This document shows, piece after piece, positions 9,608 through 17,957 of a stretch of 64,000 nt of DNA. Each line of letters starts with the position of its first letter. The stretch's first letter is position 1. The notes below the pieces were generated by a model. It saw only the letters and a program-made list of their open reading frames with translations. It did not search any database and was not told the origin of the DNA. A program made the translations under genes and the position numbers. The stretch is from positions 1-64,000 of IMG/VR virus record IMGVR_UViG_3300020172_006270. One strand, given 5' to 3'.

Positions 9608-10621
9608 ATGCTCAAGTTGGTGAAAAAGAAGGTGAAGAAGCCGGTATCGCTGCGAGATCACCAGGAAAGACGAAATAAAATACTCATCAAAAGACGCAGC
9701 GGCGGCTACGGCGACATCCTCATGCAAAGAATGCTATTTGAGGACTTTTCAAAGGCTTTTCCAGGCGCAGAAATCACATTTGCCTGCCCTGCAATGTACG
9801 TCGAAATGGCCAAAAATCACCCGTTCGCCAAAGCGATTGATCTTGGCTCCGTAAATGAGGATGAATATGGAGCCATATACGACCTATCAACCGCCTGTCG
9901 AGTTCACGAATCTCGCTTTGGAGAGAGAAATCAAGATCATAGAAGCGATATTTGGGCGGCACATTGCGGCATAGTTTTGAACAACCATAATATGATGCTG
10001 AAGCCAGACCCAATTGTGTTGGAGCAATGCCGAGAAGCATTCAAGCGATACAACAAGGAAGGAAAGCCAGCAGTATTGCTTGCTTCGACTTCCACTCCCG
10101 ATATGATAGGCACAGCCAAGAGCCTGACCTACAATCAAATCAGCGATGTAGTCAAAGCACTAAGAGATCAAGGCTGCTATGTGTTTACTATCCACACCGA
10201 CAAGCAAGTTGTGTACGACAACTTGGGAGTAGACCAAATATTCAGCATCCATCAACAAGCCTGGATTTCTATGGTCGAACTAGCTGATGCCGTCATCTCA
10301 GTAGATACTGCGACATTTCATATCGCAGGTGGGCTTCAAAAACCCTTAATTGGGATATTCGCTTTCACTGACGGCAAACTGTACGGCAAATACTACGATT
10401 TTGTCCTGGTTCAAAAACACAGAGACAATGGCGATTGGGACTGTGGCCCATGCTTCAACATGACGACTTGTCCGAAGTCAAAAGAAATTCAGAAGCCATG
10501 CCTGACAGAGCTATCTTCCTCCGACATTCTTCGGGGGTTCGCTGAGGCCGTAGAGAAGTGGCCGTCCTTAAAAAATAGTCTAAAAAATAAGCGAACCGAT
10601 CTGCTTGGTCATACATCATGA
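9608..10621 (+). CDS. GT9 ADP-heptose:LPS heptosyltransferase-like protein
   Basis: GGYGDIL, ISVDTATFHIAGG, C-terminal CGPC...C...C. Confidence 0.85.
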   Translation: MLKLVKKKVKKPVSLRDHQERRNKILIKRRSGGYGDILMQRMLFEDFSKAFPGAEITFACPAMYVEMAKNHPFAKAIDLGSVNEDEYGAIYDLSTACRVHESRFGERNQDHRSDIWAAHCGIVLNNHNMMLKPDPIVLEQCREAFKRYNKEGKPAVLLASTSTPDMIGTAKSLTYNQISDVVKALRDQGCYVFTIHTDKQVVYDNLGVDQIFSIHQQAWISMVELADAVISVDTATFHIAGGLQKPLIGIFAFTDGKLYGKYYDFVLVQKHRDNGDWDCGPCFNMTTCPKSKEIQKPCLTELSSSDILRGFAEAVEKWPSLKNSLKNKRTDLLGHTS

Positions 10622-11312
10622 AGACGTTTTTGCTCTTAAACAACGGCTTCAGATACAAATCATGATTGTTGGGAGAATACAGATTGTGAAACAATAAATG
10701 ACTCGGACCTATGCACAAAGACGGCACGTTATGCACCCATGCAGCACACTGCATGGAACTATGGCTACCAACGAAAAAAGCCGCCCTCTCAACCAGCTTG
10801 GTTGCCAAACGTGGACTACCTTTGATGTGCTTCACATTGGATGATTCATATCCAAAGTCTTCTTGCCCCAGAACCACCATATTGACGCCAGACGCATCGG
10901 CGATCCATTGCACCATATTAGCCGTATTGAATGCCGTAACGAGGTTACGAGGGCCGTAGGAGGCAAATGGATGGAAAACACCATAAGGCCCGACCACATT
11001 AACCAAGATGTCTTCTTCGTCTGAATCTAGCCACAAAGGAGGAACCACTTTGGGGTAATCAGAAAGATTGGCGATATAAGAAATATCGTCTTTAAGACGG
11101 TTTTGGGCAAACTTCTTTTCTTGATAGACATGCTGGTGTCTGAAGTACGGTGAATTCTTCACCAAATCAATACCAGCAGGACATTGAGCAGAAACTCTGA
11201 ACTCAATGTCCTGCACTGACATCATAATGTAAGTAAGCCGGTTGCCCGGCTCACCCAGGTACTTGAGAATATAATCCCCAAGACCTCCACCTAAAGTAAA
11301 AGATAATTTCAT
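10455..11312 (-). CDS. GT9-like GT-B protein
   Basis: GGGLGD, HPFAS, FVGSHSSMQCAAW; 3' end overlaps the convergent gene by 167 nt. Confidence 0.6.
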   Translation of the reverse strand: MKLSFTLGGGLGDYILKYLGEPGNRLTYIMMSVQDIEFRVSAQCPAGIDLVKNSPYFRHQHVYQEKKFAQNRLKDDISYIANLSDYPKVVPPLWLDSDEEDILVNVVGPYGVFHPFASYGPRNLVTAFNTANMVQWIADASGVNMVVLGQEDFGYESSNVKHIKGSPRLATKLVERAAFFVGSHSSMQCAAWVHNVPSLCIGPSHLLFHNLYSPNNHDLYLKPLFKSKNVFMMYDQADRFAYFLDYFLRTATSLRPQRTPEECRRKIALSGMASEFLLTSDKSSC

Positions 11313-11587
11313 TTGCCCAATTCAGTCAACCAGCCCATAGGGTTTCCTGCAAATTTAGCTGGAATACTACCGGGCAAGGTCACAAGTTTTGTGATAGACG
11401 CCCACGGGATCACGCCAAATTTTCTGCGTCCTTTTGAAAAGACAATGCCGCTGCCAGTCATAGTGACGGCAACCTCCCCTACAACGTCGTTAATATCCTT
11501 GATGTCAACAACTCTAGTTACTGGCTTTGTTAGCTTGGTTGCCACTGTCGTCTCCGTGTAAAAGAACCAATTCGACTCCGGCTTCAC
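11309..11587 (-). CDS. Hypothetical protein (start uncertain)
   Basis: ORF fills the gap in the minus-strand operon; stop overlaps next start. Confidence 0.5.
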   Translation of the reverse strand: MKPESNWFFYTETTVATKLTKPVTRVVDIKDINDVVGEVAVTMTGSGIVFSKGRRKFGVIPWASITKLVTLPGSIPAKFAGNPMGWLTELGK

Positions 11588-12005
11588 TGAACAACTGCTC
11601 GGTGAGCTTAAAGTCTTCTACCCATCGAGGGTTGTCGCTGTATGGTGCGACAACCCTTCTGATGCCTGCCTGGATAACCATGCTGGCACAAGTTGCACAT
11701 GGCATGAATGGCGTCGTGTAAAGTGTGCAGCCCGTGACAGGCCGTCCAGCAAACAACAACGCATTACGCTCGCCGTGAACAATCATCTTGTATTTGATTT
11801 CACGATTGTTCAATCGCTCATCGGTGTCTTCGACGCCTTGTGGCAAGCCATTATATCCAGTGGATACAATGCGACGACTTTCATCAACAATGACCGCACC
11901 AACCTTGGTGGATGGGTCTTTGCTCCAACAAGAAATGAATTGAGCAAGTTCCAAGAACCTACGATCCCACTTCTCAACTCTACTTTTTTTCATTTTCCCT
12001 GACAT
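11514..12005 (-). CDS. dCMP deaminase
   Basis: SKDPSTKVGAVI, GYNG, HGERNA, PCATC. Confidence 0.95.
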   Translation of the reverse strand: MSGKMKKSRVEKWDRRFLELAQFISCWSKDPSTKVGAVIVDESRRIVSTGYNGLPQGVEDTDERLNNREIKYKMIVHGERNALLFAGRPVTGCTLYTTPFMPCATCASMVIQAGIRRVVAPYSDNPRWVEDFKLTEQLFSEAGVELVLLHGDDSGNQANKASN

Positions 12006-12499
12006 GATTCATCCAGTTGTTTGCGTTTGTTTAATTTGTAAGGATTGCCGAGACGGTAAACAAAATTATATCCGTCATGCCCAGGCCCGAAAAAATTTCT
12101 CGTTATCGTTTCTGCCCTGAACCCCGTAGCACGGAAAAACAAATGAGCAGGAAGATTGTCATCACTCACTGTGAGACAAACTCTTTTGCAATTTAATTCT
12201 TCAATCGCATCTTCGCCCAACAACATAATGACGCCGATCCTTTTCCGACGCATGTGCGGGGCTACAGCCATGCTAATGATAGACATTTGAGCCTGTTCCG
12301 TATCCAATCGGTAAATGCAGTATCCAATCACTTCCTTGTTGATCTCAGCAAGAAACCCAATGTTGTCTTTTGAGCCAAGCGTATGACGAAAATCTTGAAC
12401 TTCCCAAGGGATTGGAAAACTAGCATTTTCAACCAAAACAACAGCAGGCAAATCACTCGGTTTGATTCTGCGAATTTTGACATCACGAATAATACTCAT
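11990..12499 (-). CDS. RimI-like GNAT acetyltransferase
   Basis: ENASFPIPW, MAVAPHMRRKRIG, NLPAHLFF. Confidence 0.85.
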   Translation of the reverse strand: MSIIRDVKIRRIKPSDLPAVVLVENASFPIPWEVQDFRHTLGSKDNIGFLAEINKEVIGYCIYRLDTEQAQMSIISMAVAPHMRRKRIGVIMLLGEDAIEELNCKRVCLTVSDDNLPAHLFFRATGFRAETITRNFFGPGHDGYNFVYRLGNPYKLNKRKQLDESCQGK

Positions 12500-13086
12500 G
12501 CCGCTTTCCTATTCCGGTAGTCATTCCAAATCATTAAATCAAAGTCTGCCACGGTCATACCGGACTCGGCCACATACTTCAAAAACACCGTTTCTAAATC
12601 ACGATATTTTTTACCAGTGGGAGTAGACTTAGGAACCTCATGTCCCTTATCTCGGAGAAATTTCAGAACGTGAGTATCAAGACCAGCGTATTGCTGATTT
12701 GGGCGGCTGTGAATCAAGAAGCATCGGGCAGTCTTTGGACCAATGCCAGGAACGGACTCAAGGTCTTCCACAGTGCATTTCTTTAGGTCCATTGACTTGC
12801 CGACCAGATGAAGAAATGTTTTGGCCTTGGCGTTATAACAGCCAATTCCATGATTCTTCATTTCGTCGGCAAGATCGCCGACTTGAGAGATGTGTCGAAT
12901 GATGTCAAACGGCAACGGCTTCGGATTGACCTTGGATGCTCTCTCCCGCCAAGTCGAGAGAAGCCTGTCTAAGCATTTCGCTGCGGTCACGCCATTCTTG
13001 CCTGCTGCGCAAACCCAAAACAAAAGCACTTCTTCTGTCTTGGCTTGAGAAAGACGGTAGTTCGTAATCTTGGTAGGATCGACCAT
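12496..13086 (-). CDS. HhH-GPD DNA glycosylase (8-oxoguanine glycosylase-like)
   Basis: LESVPGIGPKTARCFL, LDTHV, DLMIW. Confidence 0.85.
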   Translation of the reverse strand: MVDPTKITNYRLSQAKTEEVLLFWVCAAGKNGVTAAKCLDRLLSTWRERASKVNPKPLPFDIIRHISQVGDLADEMKNHGIGCYNAKAKTFLHLVGKSMDLKKCTVEDLESVPGIGPKTARCFLIHSRPNQQYAGLDTHVLKFLRDKGHEVPKSTPTGKKYRDLETVFLKYVAESGMTVADFDLMIWNDYRNRKAA

Positions 13087-13231
13087 GAGAGACTTCACCC
13101 ATTGGATACCTGCGAATCAATTCGCCTATTGCAGCGTATTGATCTTCACCTTCTACATACAAATCAGGACGCAGATCGTGGTAGACACGATAATCATTAG
13201 TCAAAGAACGGTAAAGGGTAATTATTGACAT
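12905..13231 (-). CDS. Hypothetical protein (3' part overlaps the glycosylase gene)
   Basis: GGAG RBS and TAATG coupling to the upstream gene; long overlap lowers confidence. Confidence 0.35.
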   Translation of the reverse strand: MSIITLYRSLTNDYRVYHDLRPDLYVEGEDQYAAIGELIRRYPMGEVSHGRSYQDYELPSFSSQDRRSAFVLGLRSRQEWRDRSEMLRQASLDLAGESIQGQSEAVAV

Positions 13232-13725
13232 TACTCCTCCTTGTTCAGAGCTTCCTCAAATGTGCAAGTCGCATCTTCGGGTGACACATAGATGTCCCGA
13301 TTGAGCTTGTCTAACTCTTTGCGAAGCGTATGGCCTCGGTTCTGAGCGTTTTCATGGTTCTTATCAAAGGCTTTCAAGTGAGCCTTGATGTGGCCGACAA
13401 CTTCTTTTCGTTCAGCCAGATACTTCCTTGCCGCAACCACATCATCACTGGAATTCGCAAAGGCTTTTGAATAACCTTCTGATTGTCCTTTGTCTTTTGC
13501 TTCCATATATCGCAAACCGAGTAGTCGGTCAGCTTCTATGTCGGCAAGCAAAACTTCTTTTTGGGCGTATTCAAGCTGTTTGCCGAGATAATCAACCCAA
13601 CCATACTCCTGGCTCATGTAGTCGCCCAAAGAGTTCTCGTTGTACTTCATGTTCTTGGGGTCGAGAACAATCTCTCGACCCTGAACAGTTACTTTCACAA
13701 TTTCAATGGGTGCGACTTGTGCCAT
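13231..13725 (-). CDS. uvsY: UvsY-like recombination mediator
   Basis: Size, long coiled-coil pattern and replication-block context. Confidence 0.55.
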   Translation of the reverse strand: MAQVAPIEIVKVTVQGREIVLDPKNMKYNENSLGDYMSQEYGWVDYLGKQLEYAQKEVLLADIEADRLLGLRYMEAKDKGQSEGYSKAFANSSDDVVAARKYLAERKEVVGHIKAHLKAFDKNHENAQNRGHTLRKELDKLNRDIYVSPEDATCTFEEALNKEE

Positions 13726-13745
13726 AGTGTTTCGCCTTTAGGAAT

Positions 13746-13774
13746 ACTTTACCATTACTCTCGGATGTAATCAA
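13746..13774 (-). promoter_or_regulatory. Sigma70-like promoter TTGATT-N17-TAAAGT
   Basis: 17-nt spacer, TG extension, just upstream of 13725. Confidence 0.5.
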
Positions 13775-13955
13775 CACAGTTGTTTTCTCTGTAGCTGTCT
13801 GCTGGAGCCACCTTCAATGGTCCTCGGTTCGGCCAACGTAAAGTAGCGAGCTTCTGAGCCTCTTCTTGACTGCTTGCTTCAATTTCATCAATTTTAACCT
13901 CAGTGGGATGATTAACATACTCGTTGAGCATCATTTCACAAATGCGATATTTCAT
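13755..13955 (-). CDS. Hypothetical protein
   Basis: ATG at 13955 with GAGG RBS, coupled to upstream stop. Confidence 0.55.
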   Translation of the reverse strand: MKYRICEMMLNEYVNHPTEVKIDEIEASSQEEAQKLATLRWPNRGPLKVAPADSYRENNCVDYIRE

Positions 13956-14545
13956 TTTAAGTTCCTCAAAATAGATTCTGTCTTCGAGACAGACTGATCG
14001 GTTGCAGATTTGACCTGCTTGCGAGCGTAGTCTGCCATAAACCAAGGAACGAATCGTTTAAGCGTTATATTGCTACTCAACTCCACCTTGGTCGTTTGTC
14101 CGTCAGGATATATCACTATTTCCTGCCGCATGTTGGAGACGCCTATCGCCAATGGTTTGGCAAGCTGCGTCTTCACTTCAATTCTATTGGTGGCGAAAAA
14201 AATATCCTCCACCAATTCCACATCCATCTTTCCAGCCTGGGGATTATCTACCCGCACCTTGGCGAGCAGCCTGCCGGAAAACTCCCAATATCGGTCGGCC
14301 TTTAAGGGTCGTTGGATATTGAAATTCCTGTCTATCCATTGCTTTTGTAGCAATTCCGCATTGTTGATCTTCAAGGTTTCCTGTTCAAAATTCCCCTTTC
14401 GGATGGACTTCTGAACTTCCTTAAACGGGACGTTCAAAACAAATTGTGTAGCAGAGGATTCCTGAATAACTGTGTGCGGAAGATGAACAATTATCAAGAC
14501 CGTCATAATGACGATCCCCGCTACGAGAGCGACTTTCTTTACCAT
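13952..14545 (-). CDS. Membrane-anchored hypothetical protein (possibly START/SRPBCC-like)
   Basis: N-terminal hydrophobic helix; beta-rich body ending in VPWFM plus helix. Confidence 0.55.
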   Translation of the reverse strand: MVKKVALVAGIVIMTVLIIVHLPHTVIQESSATQFVLNVPFKEVQKSIRKGNFEQETLKINNAELLQKQWIDRNFNIQRPLKADRYWEFSGRLLAKVRVDNPQAGKMDVELVEDIFFATNRIEVKTQLAKPLAIGVSNMRQEIVIYPDGQTTKVELSSNITLKRFVPWFMADYARKQVKSATDQSVSKTESILRNLK

Positions 14546-14590
14546 ATCCTATGTAGTCAACGGGCCGAAACAATTGGAGTTCGGTTGGAG

Positions 14591-16138
14591 TTAAGCCTCA
14601 TAGGTATCTTCAATCGGATCGTCGCCCTTAAAGCCCCGCTTGCTCCTTTGTTTTTTCCCAGGCTGAGGAGCGCCAGTGTCAATGTTATCCATCGTGACCT
14701 CATCAGCCTTCTTTTCCTGGACAAGATTCATTTGCTCTCGATATTTCTCCTTCGAGATAGCAAACATATCGAGCGTTCCCAGCTTATAGTCAAAGCCGAT
14801 TTTGAACGGAAAGCGTGAGCGACCGTTACGGTGCTTGATAACGAAGACTCGACCAACTTCGGCGTCTTTCTCCAACACCTGCTGGTTGATACTCCAGAAG
14901 GCGTCCAGCGGCTTGAACTGGTCGAATGACGTGCCTATATTCGACTCGTCAATATACTGACCGAGTTCCAGCTTGGCGGCTGACGCATTGGGCTGCACAC
15001 AAGTCATTGTGCAGTGTCCACGACTCACGCCAAATCCACGGAGGTCACGAAGAATACGATATGCAGATTCGTACTTCTTGACGTTGGGATCGTCTTTCAT
15101 TTCACCAACATAGTCAACAATGATTAAGTTGGGTTTGAATTTTCGCAACTCAAGTTGAGCAACATATGCACGAATGCCATTAACATCCATTTCGCCACCA
15201 GGGAACTGCTTAACATGCAACAAGTTGGGATCATCATATCCCTTCTTGAATTCTTCCACGGTGCGATAAACTTCGTCTTTGACGCCTCGCAGGTTATTGA
15301 TGTCTAACTTGGCAAACTGCGATGTGAATCGCTGCATGATGCCAAGTTCATCCATTTCCATCGTGAGATAGAGAACCTTGTGGCCCAACAGGACGTTCTG
15401 CACAGCAGAACGGACGAGTGCCAAAGACTTACCCGTGCCGGGCAGTCCAATCCAGGAAGCGATCTGTCCGTTGAATAGACCGCCACCAGTGAGGGCATCA
15501 TCAATAGGAGCAAAACCAGAAGTGAATCGGTCCTTGCCTTCAAAGACCTGATCCATTCGCAGGAACATTTCATCCAAGTTCATGAAGTATTCAACGCCGG
15601 GTTCATAGCTCCGGTCGATGAGCATTGCTTTACGCATTTCCTCATAAACGGTGGCCCAGGTTTTTTCGGATTCTGGGGCTTCTGCCATCAATTCGAGAGA
15701 TTTATTGAAAGCTATTTTTACAGCTTGTACTTTTGCAAAGAACGTAATTTTATCAATTAAATATTCCCGTGTTTCCAAACCGGGAACATAGTAGTCATAC
15801 ACAGAATGCAATTCAGCCAAGTAGTGCAATTGAATACTGGCATCACGATCTTTGAGTTTTTCTCGAAGCTCATTTTCAATGATCCATTTTTCTGGAATTG
15901 CTTTGCGGACAGCAAAGTGTTTCAACAGAATATCGCAGATCAGCACATGAGCTTCGTTGCTGAAATATCCGGCTTCCAACTTGTCTATTGCCTGGATGAG
16001 CATGTATTGATCGGTCAATAACATGCCCATCAGCTTGCGCTGGAACGTGTCGTCCCAGGCAAATTTTACCTTCGCATTGGCCTGTGGATCGGTAATCGCT
16101 TCAAGTTTTGCCTGCTCCTCTGGGGTTAAGTCACGCAT
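14591..16138 (-). CDS. Replicative DNA helicase (DnaB/T4 gp41-like)
   Basis: GLPGTGKS Walker A, YLTMEM, IIVDY, KHRNG. Confidence 0.92.
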   Translation of the reverse strand: MRDLTPEEQAKLEAITDPQANAKVKFAWDDTFQRKLMGMLLTDQYMLIQAIDKLEAGYFSNEAHVLICDILLKHFAVRKAIPEKWIIENELREKLKDRDASIQLHYLAELHSVYDYYVPGLETREYLIDKITFFAKVQAVKIAFNKSLELMAEAPESEKTWATVYEEMRKAMLIDRSYEPGVEYFMNLDEMFLRMDQVFEGKDRFTSGFAPIDDALTGGGLFNGQIASWIGLPGTGKSLALVRSAVQNVLLGHKVLYLTMEMDELGIMQRFTSQFAKLDINNLRGVKDEVYRTVEEFKKGYDDPNLLHVKQFPGGEMDVNGIRAYVAQLELRKFKPNLIIVDYVGEMKDDPNVKKYESAYRILRDLRGFGVSRGHCTMTCVQPNASAAKLELGQYIDESNIGTSFDQFKPLDAFWSINQQVLEKDAEVGRVFVIKHRNGRSRFPFKIGFDYKLGTLDMFAISKEKYREQMNLVQEKKADEVTMDNIDTGAPQPGKKQRSKRGFKGDDPIEDTYEA

Positions 16139-16144
16139 TTGTTG

Positions 16145-16654
16145 TCATCCATTCACGAAAGGTTTATTTATACCCAAGGATACCATAACCTCGTGAGCAG
16201 GTACACCCAAAGACGACTTGTGGTCAGAGATAACCCAATCCGTGACGCCCATTTGCAACATCGGAATGACTAACCTTAAATTAGGCATAAGTCTTGGGTC
16301 GTCAAGCACTTCCAGAGGATACCAATCGACTTTTTCTGTTTCGCCTTCTCGTGGCTTGATTACTTTGTCATATACATCCACAGAGAAACAATAAATTAGA
16401 CAATCAACGCCTTTGATCGCCCCGCACAACTTAGGAATCGCCGGACTGCCAATGAGTCCCGACTCTTCAAGAAACTCTCGCATAGCGGCATGAGTAGGCG
16501 TTTCTCCAGGCTCAATTTTGCCGCCAACCAAATTCAAACGACCCTTCTGCCATGCTGGTCTGTCTTTGAGAACCAACAACAATTTTCCATCGGGATGACG
16601 AGCGTGAACGATAACGTAGCTTTTGAGTTCTACTTCGACACTCTTTTTCTTCAC
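16145..16654 (-). CDS. NUDIX hydrolase (MutT-like)
   Basis: GGKIEPGETPTHAAMREFLEESG Nudix box. Confidence 0.93.
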   Translation of the reverse strand: MKKKSVEVELKSYVIVHARHPDGKLLLVLKDRPAWQKGRLNLVGGKIEPGETPTHAAMREFLEESGLIGSPAIPKLCGAIKGVDCLIYCFSVDVYDKVIKPREGETEKVDWYPLEVLDDPRLMPNLRLVIPMLQMGVTDWVISDHKSSLGVPAHEVMVSLGINKPFVNG

Positions 16655-17241
16655 TTACTTGCCTCCGGTTTTGTGCCTTGCCATATAGTTTCTGTCTTCC
16701 CGGCAGAATAGCACAAATAGCGGGCCATGATGAAGAGATAATCGCTGAGGCGATTGATGTACGGCACGATAAATTTGAAGCCCTCAACATTTGGAATCTT
16801 GCTGGTTGGCATTTCTGAAAGGAGTCTTTCAGATTGCCGCATAAAAGTACACAGCTTGCGTTCCACACGACGGCATACCGCTCGTGCGATATGAACCTCA
16901 GAAGGATAATGAGGAAGAATAAAGTTCTTGAGTTCAGGCAAGTCTTTATCGAGTTCCAAAGACTTGACCTCCAACCAACGAACATCCTCAAGAGAAAGAG
17001 GAGAGCGATATTGAATGACGAATACGCCAAGCTCAAAAATATTGCCTTGAATCGTCTTCAGGTCTTCATCGAATTGTGGATACAACTCTCTAGTGCGACC
17101 CAACCAACAATTAAGTTCATCAAGGTCGCCCAGGGTGTCAATGACAAAATCATCTTTTGCACATTGCTTATGGATTCCGGCGTAAGTCCATCCATCATCG
17201 CCATATCCGGTAGTTATTGTAGGTCTTAATTTGGGTTCCAT
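16651..17241 (-). CDS. pduO: PduO-type ATP:cob(I)alamin adenosyltransferase
   Basis: TGYGDDGWT, GDLDELN, ARAVCRRVER, YINRLSDYLF. Confidence 0.92.
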   Translation of the reverse strand: MEPKLRPTITTGYGDDGWTYAGIHKQCAKDDFVIDTLGDLDELNCWLGRTRELYPQFDEDLKTIQGNIFELGVFVIQYRSPLSLEDVRWLEVKSLELDKDLPELKNFILPHYPSEVHIARAVCRRVERKLCTFMRQSERLLSEMPTSKIPNVEGFKFIVPYINRLSDYLFIMARYLCYSAGKTETIWQGTKPEASK

Positions 17242-17392
17242 CGGGACAACCTTCAGGAGAAAAGAAATAAGGAACGGCGTGTCGCATTACTAAGGCATGT
17301 TTTATAAAAAAACAAACATATCTAAAAATACAATCAAGTTGTATGCCCTCGGCGACAGACTACACCGTTCCCATTTCCATATTAAAAACCGA

Positions 17393-17950
17393 TTATACCG
17401 TACCCAAGTAATCGAATTCGGAAAGGCTTACTTGGCCAGATCGGATTGCTTTCTCTCTAGTTATCTTCTTGCCCATGCTTTTTTGCCCATTCCAGACAAT
17501 AGCCTTGCAATAAGTGGCGAACTTGGCGTCGATCTTCAAGTTCTCTTTCTTATTGGGCCTCTCCTCTTTCGGCACGATTTGCCGAACGATCTTCTGGAGA
17601 AGCTGTTCTTGGAACGTCCCGAACTTCTGGCGGTTTGCACCATGTCGAGTTCGGTTAGCCCACAAGTTCTCTAGCTCTTGTATGATATGCTGCATAAACT
17701 CATCGGTAGCATATTTCTTTGCTACGGCAAGACATTTTTCAATGTATATCTGCCGCTTGTAATAGCTACCGGCCCTGAGCATAGACATCTGGAGTTCTTG
17801 CTTGATGTCTTCGGGATCATCGGTGTAGTTGTTGCGAGAGTTCTTCTTCTTGAGTTCGTGTGCGGCGTGCCAACAAAGACGACCGAAACGCTGCTCAAGT
17901 TCAAGATATTCTTCTTCATTGATGCTGTAATTTGTGCAAATGTCTAACAT
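17393..17950 (-). CDS. Region-2-only sigma factor (gp55-like late sigma candidate)
   Basis: DPEDIKQELQMSMLRA (region 2.2) and KFATYCKAIVWN (2.3/2.4); no region 4; 185 aa. Confidence 0.55.
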   Translation of the reverse strand: MLDICTNYSINEEEYLELEQRFGRLCWHAAHELKKKNSRNNYTDDPEDIKQELQMSMLRAGSYYKRQIYIEKCLAVAKKYATDEFMQHIIQELENLWANRTRHGANRQKFGTFQEQLLQKIVRQIVPKEERPNKKENLKIDAKFATYCKAIVWNGQKSMGKKITREKAIRSGQVSLSEFDYLGTV

Positions 17951-17957
17951 TGGTCCT

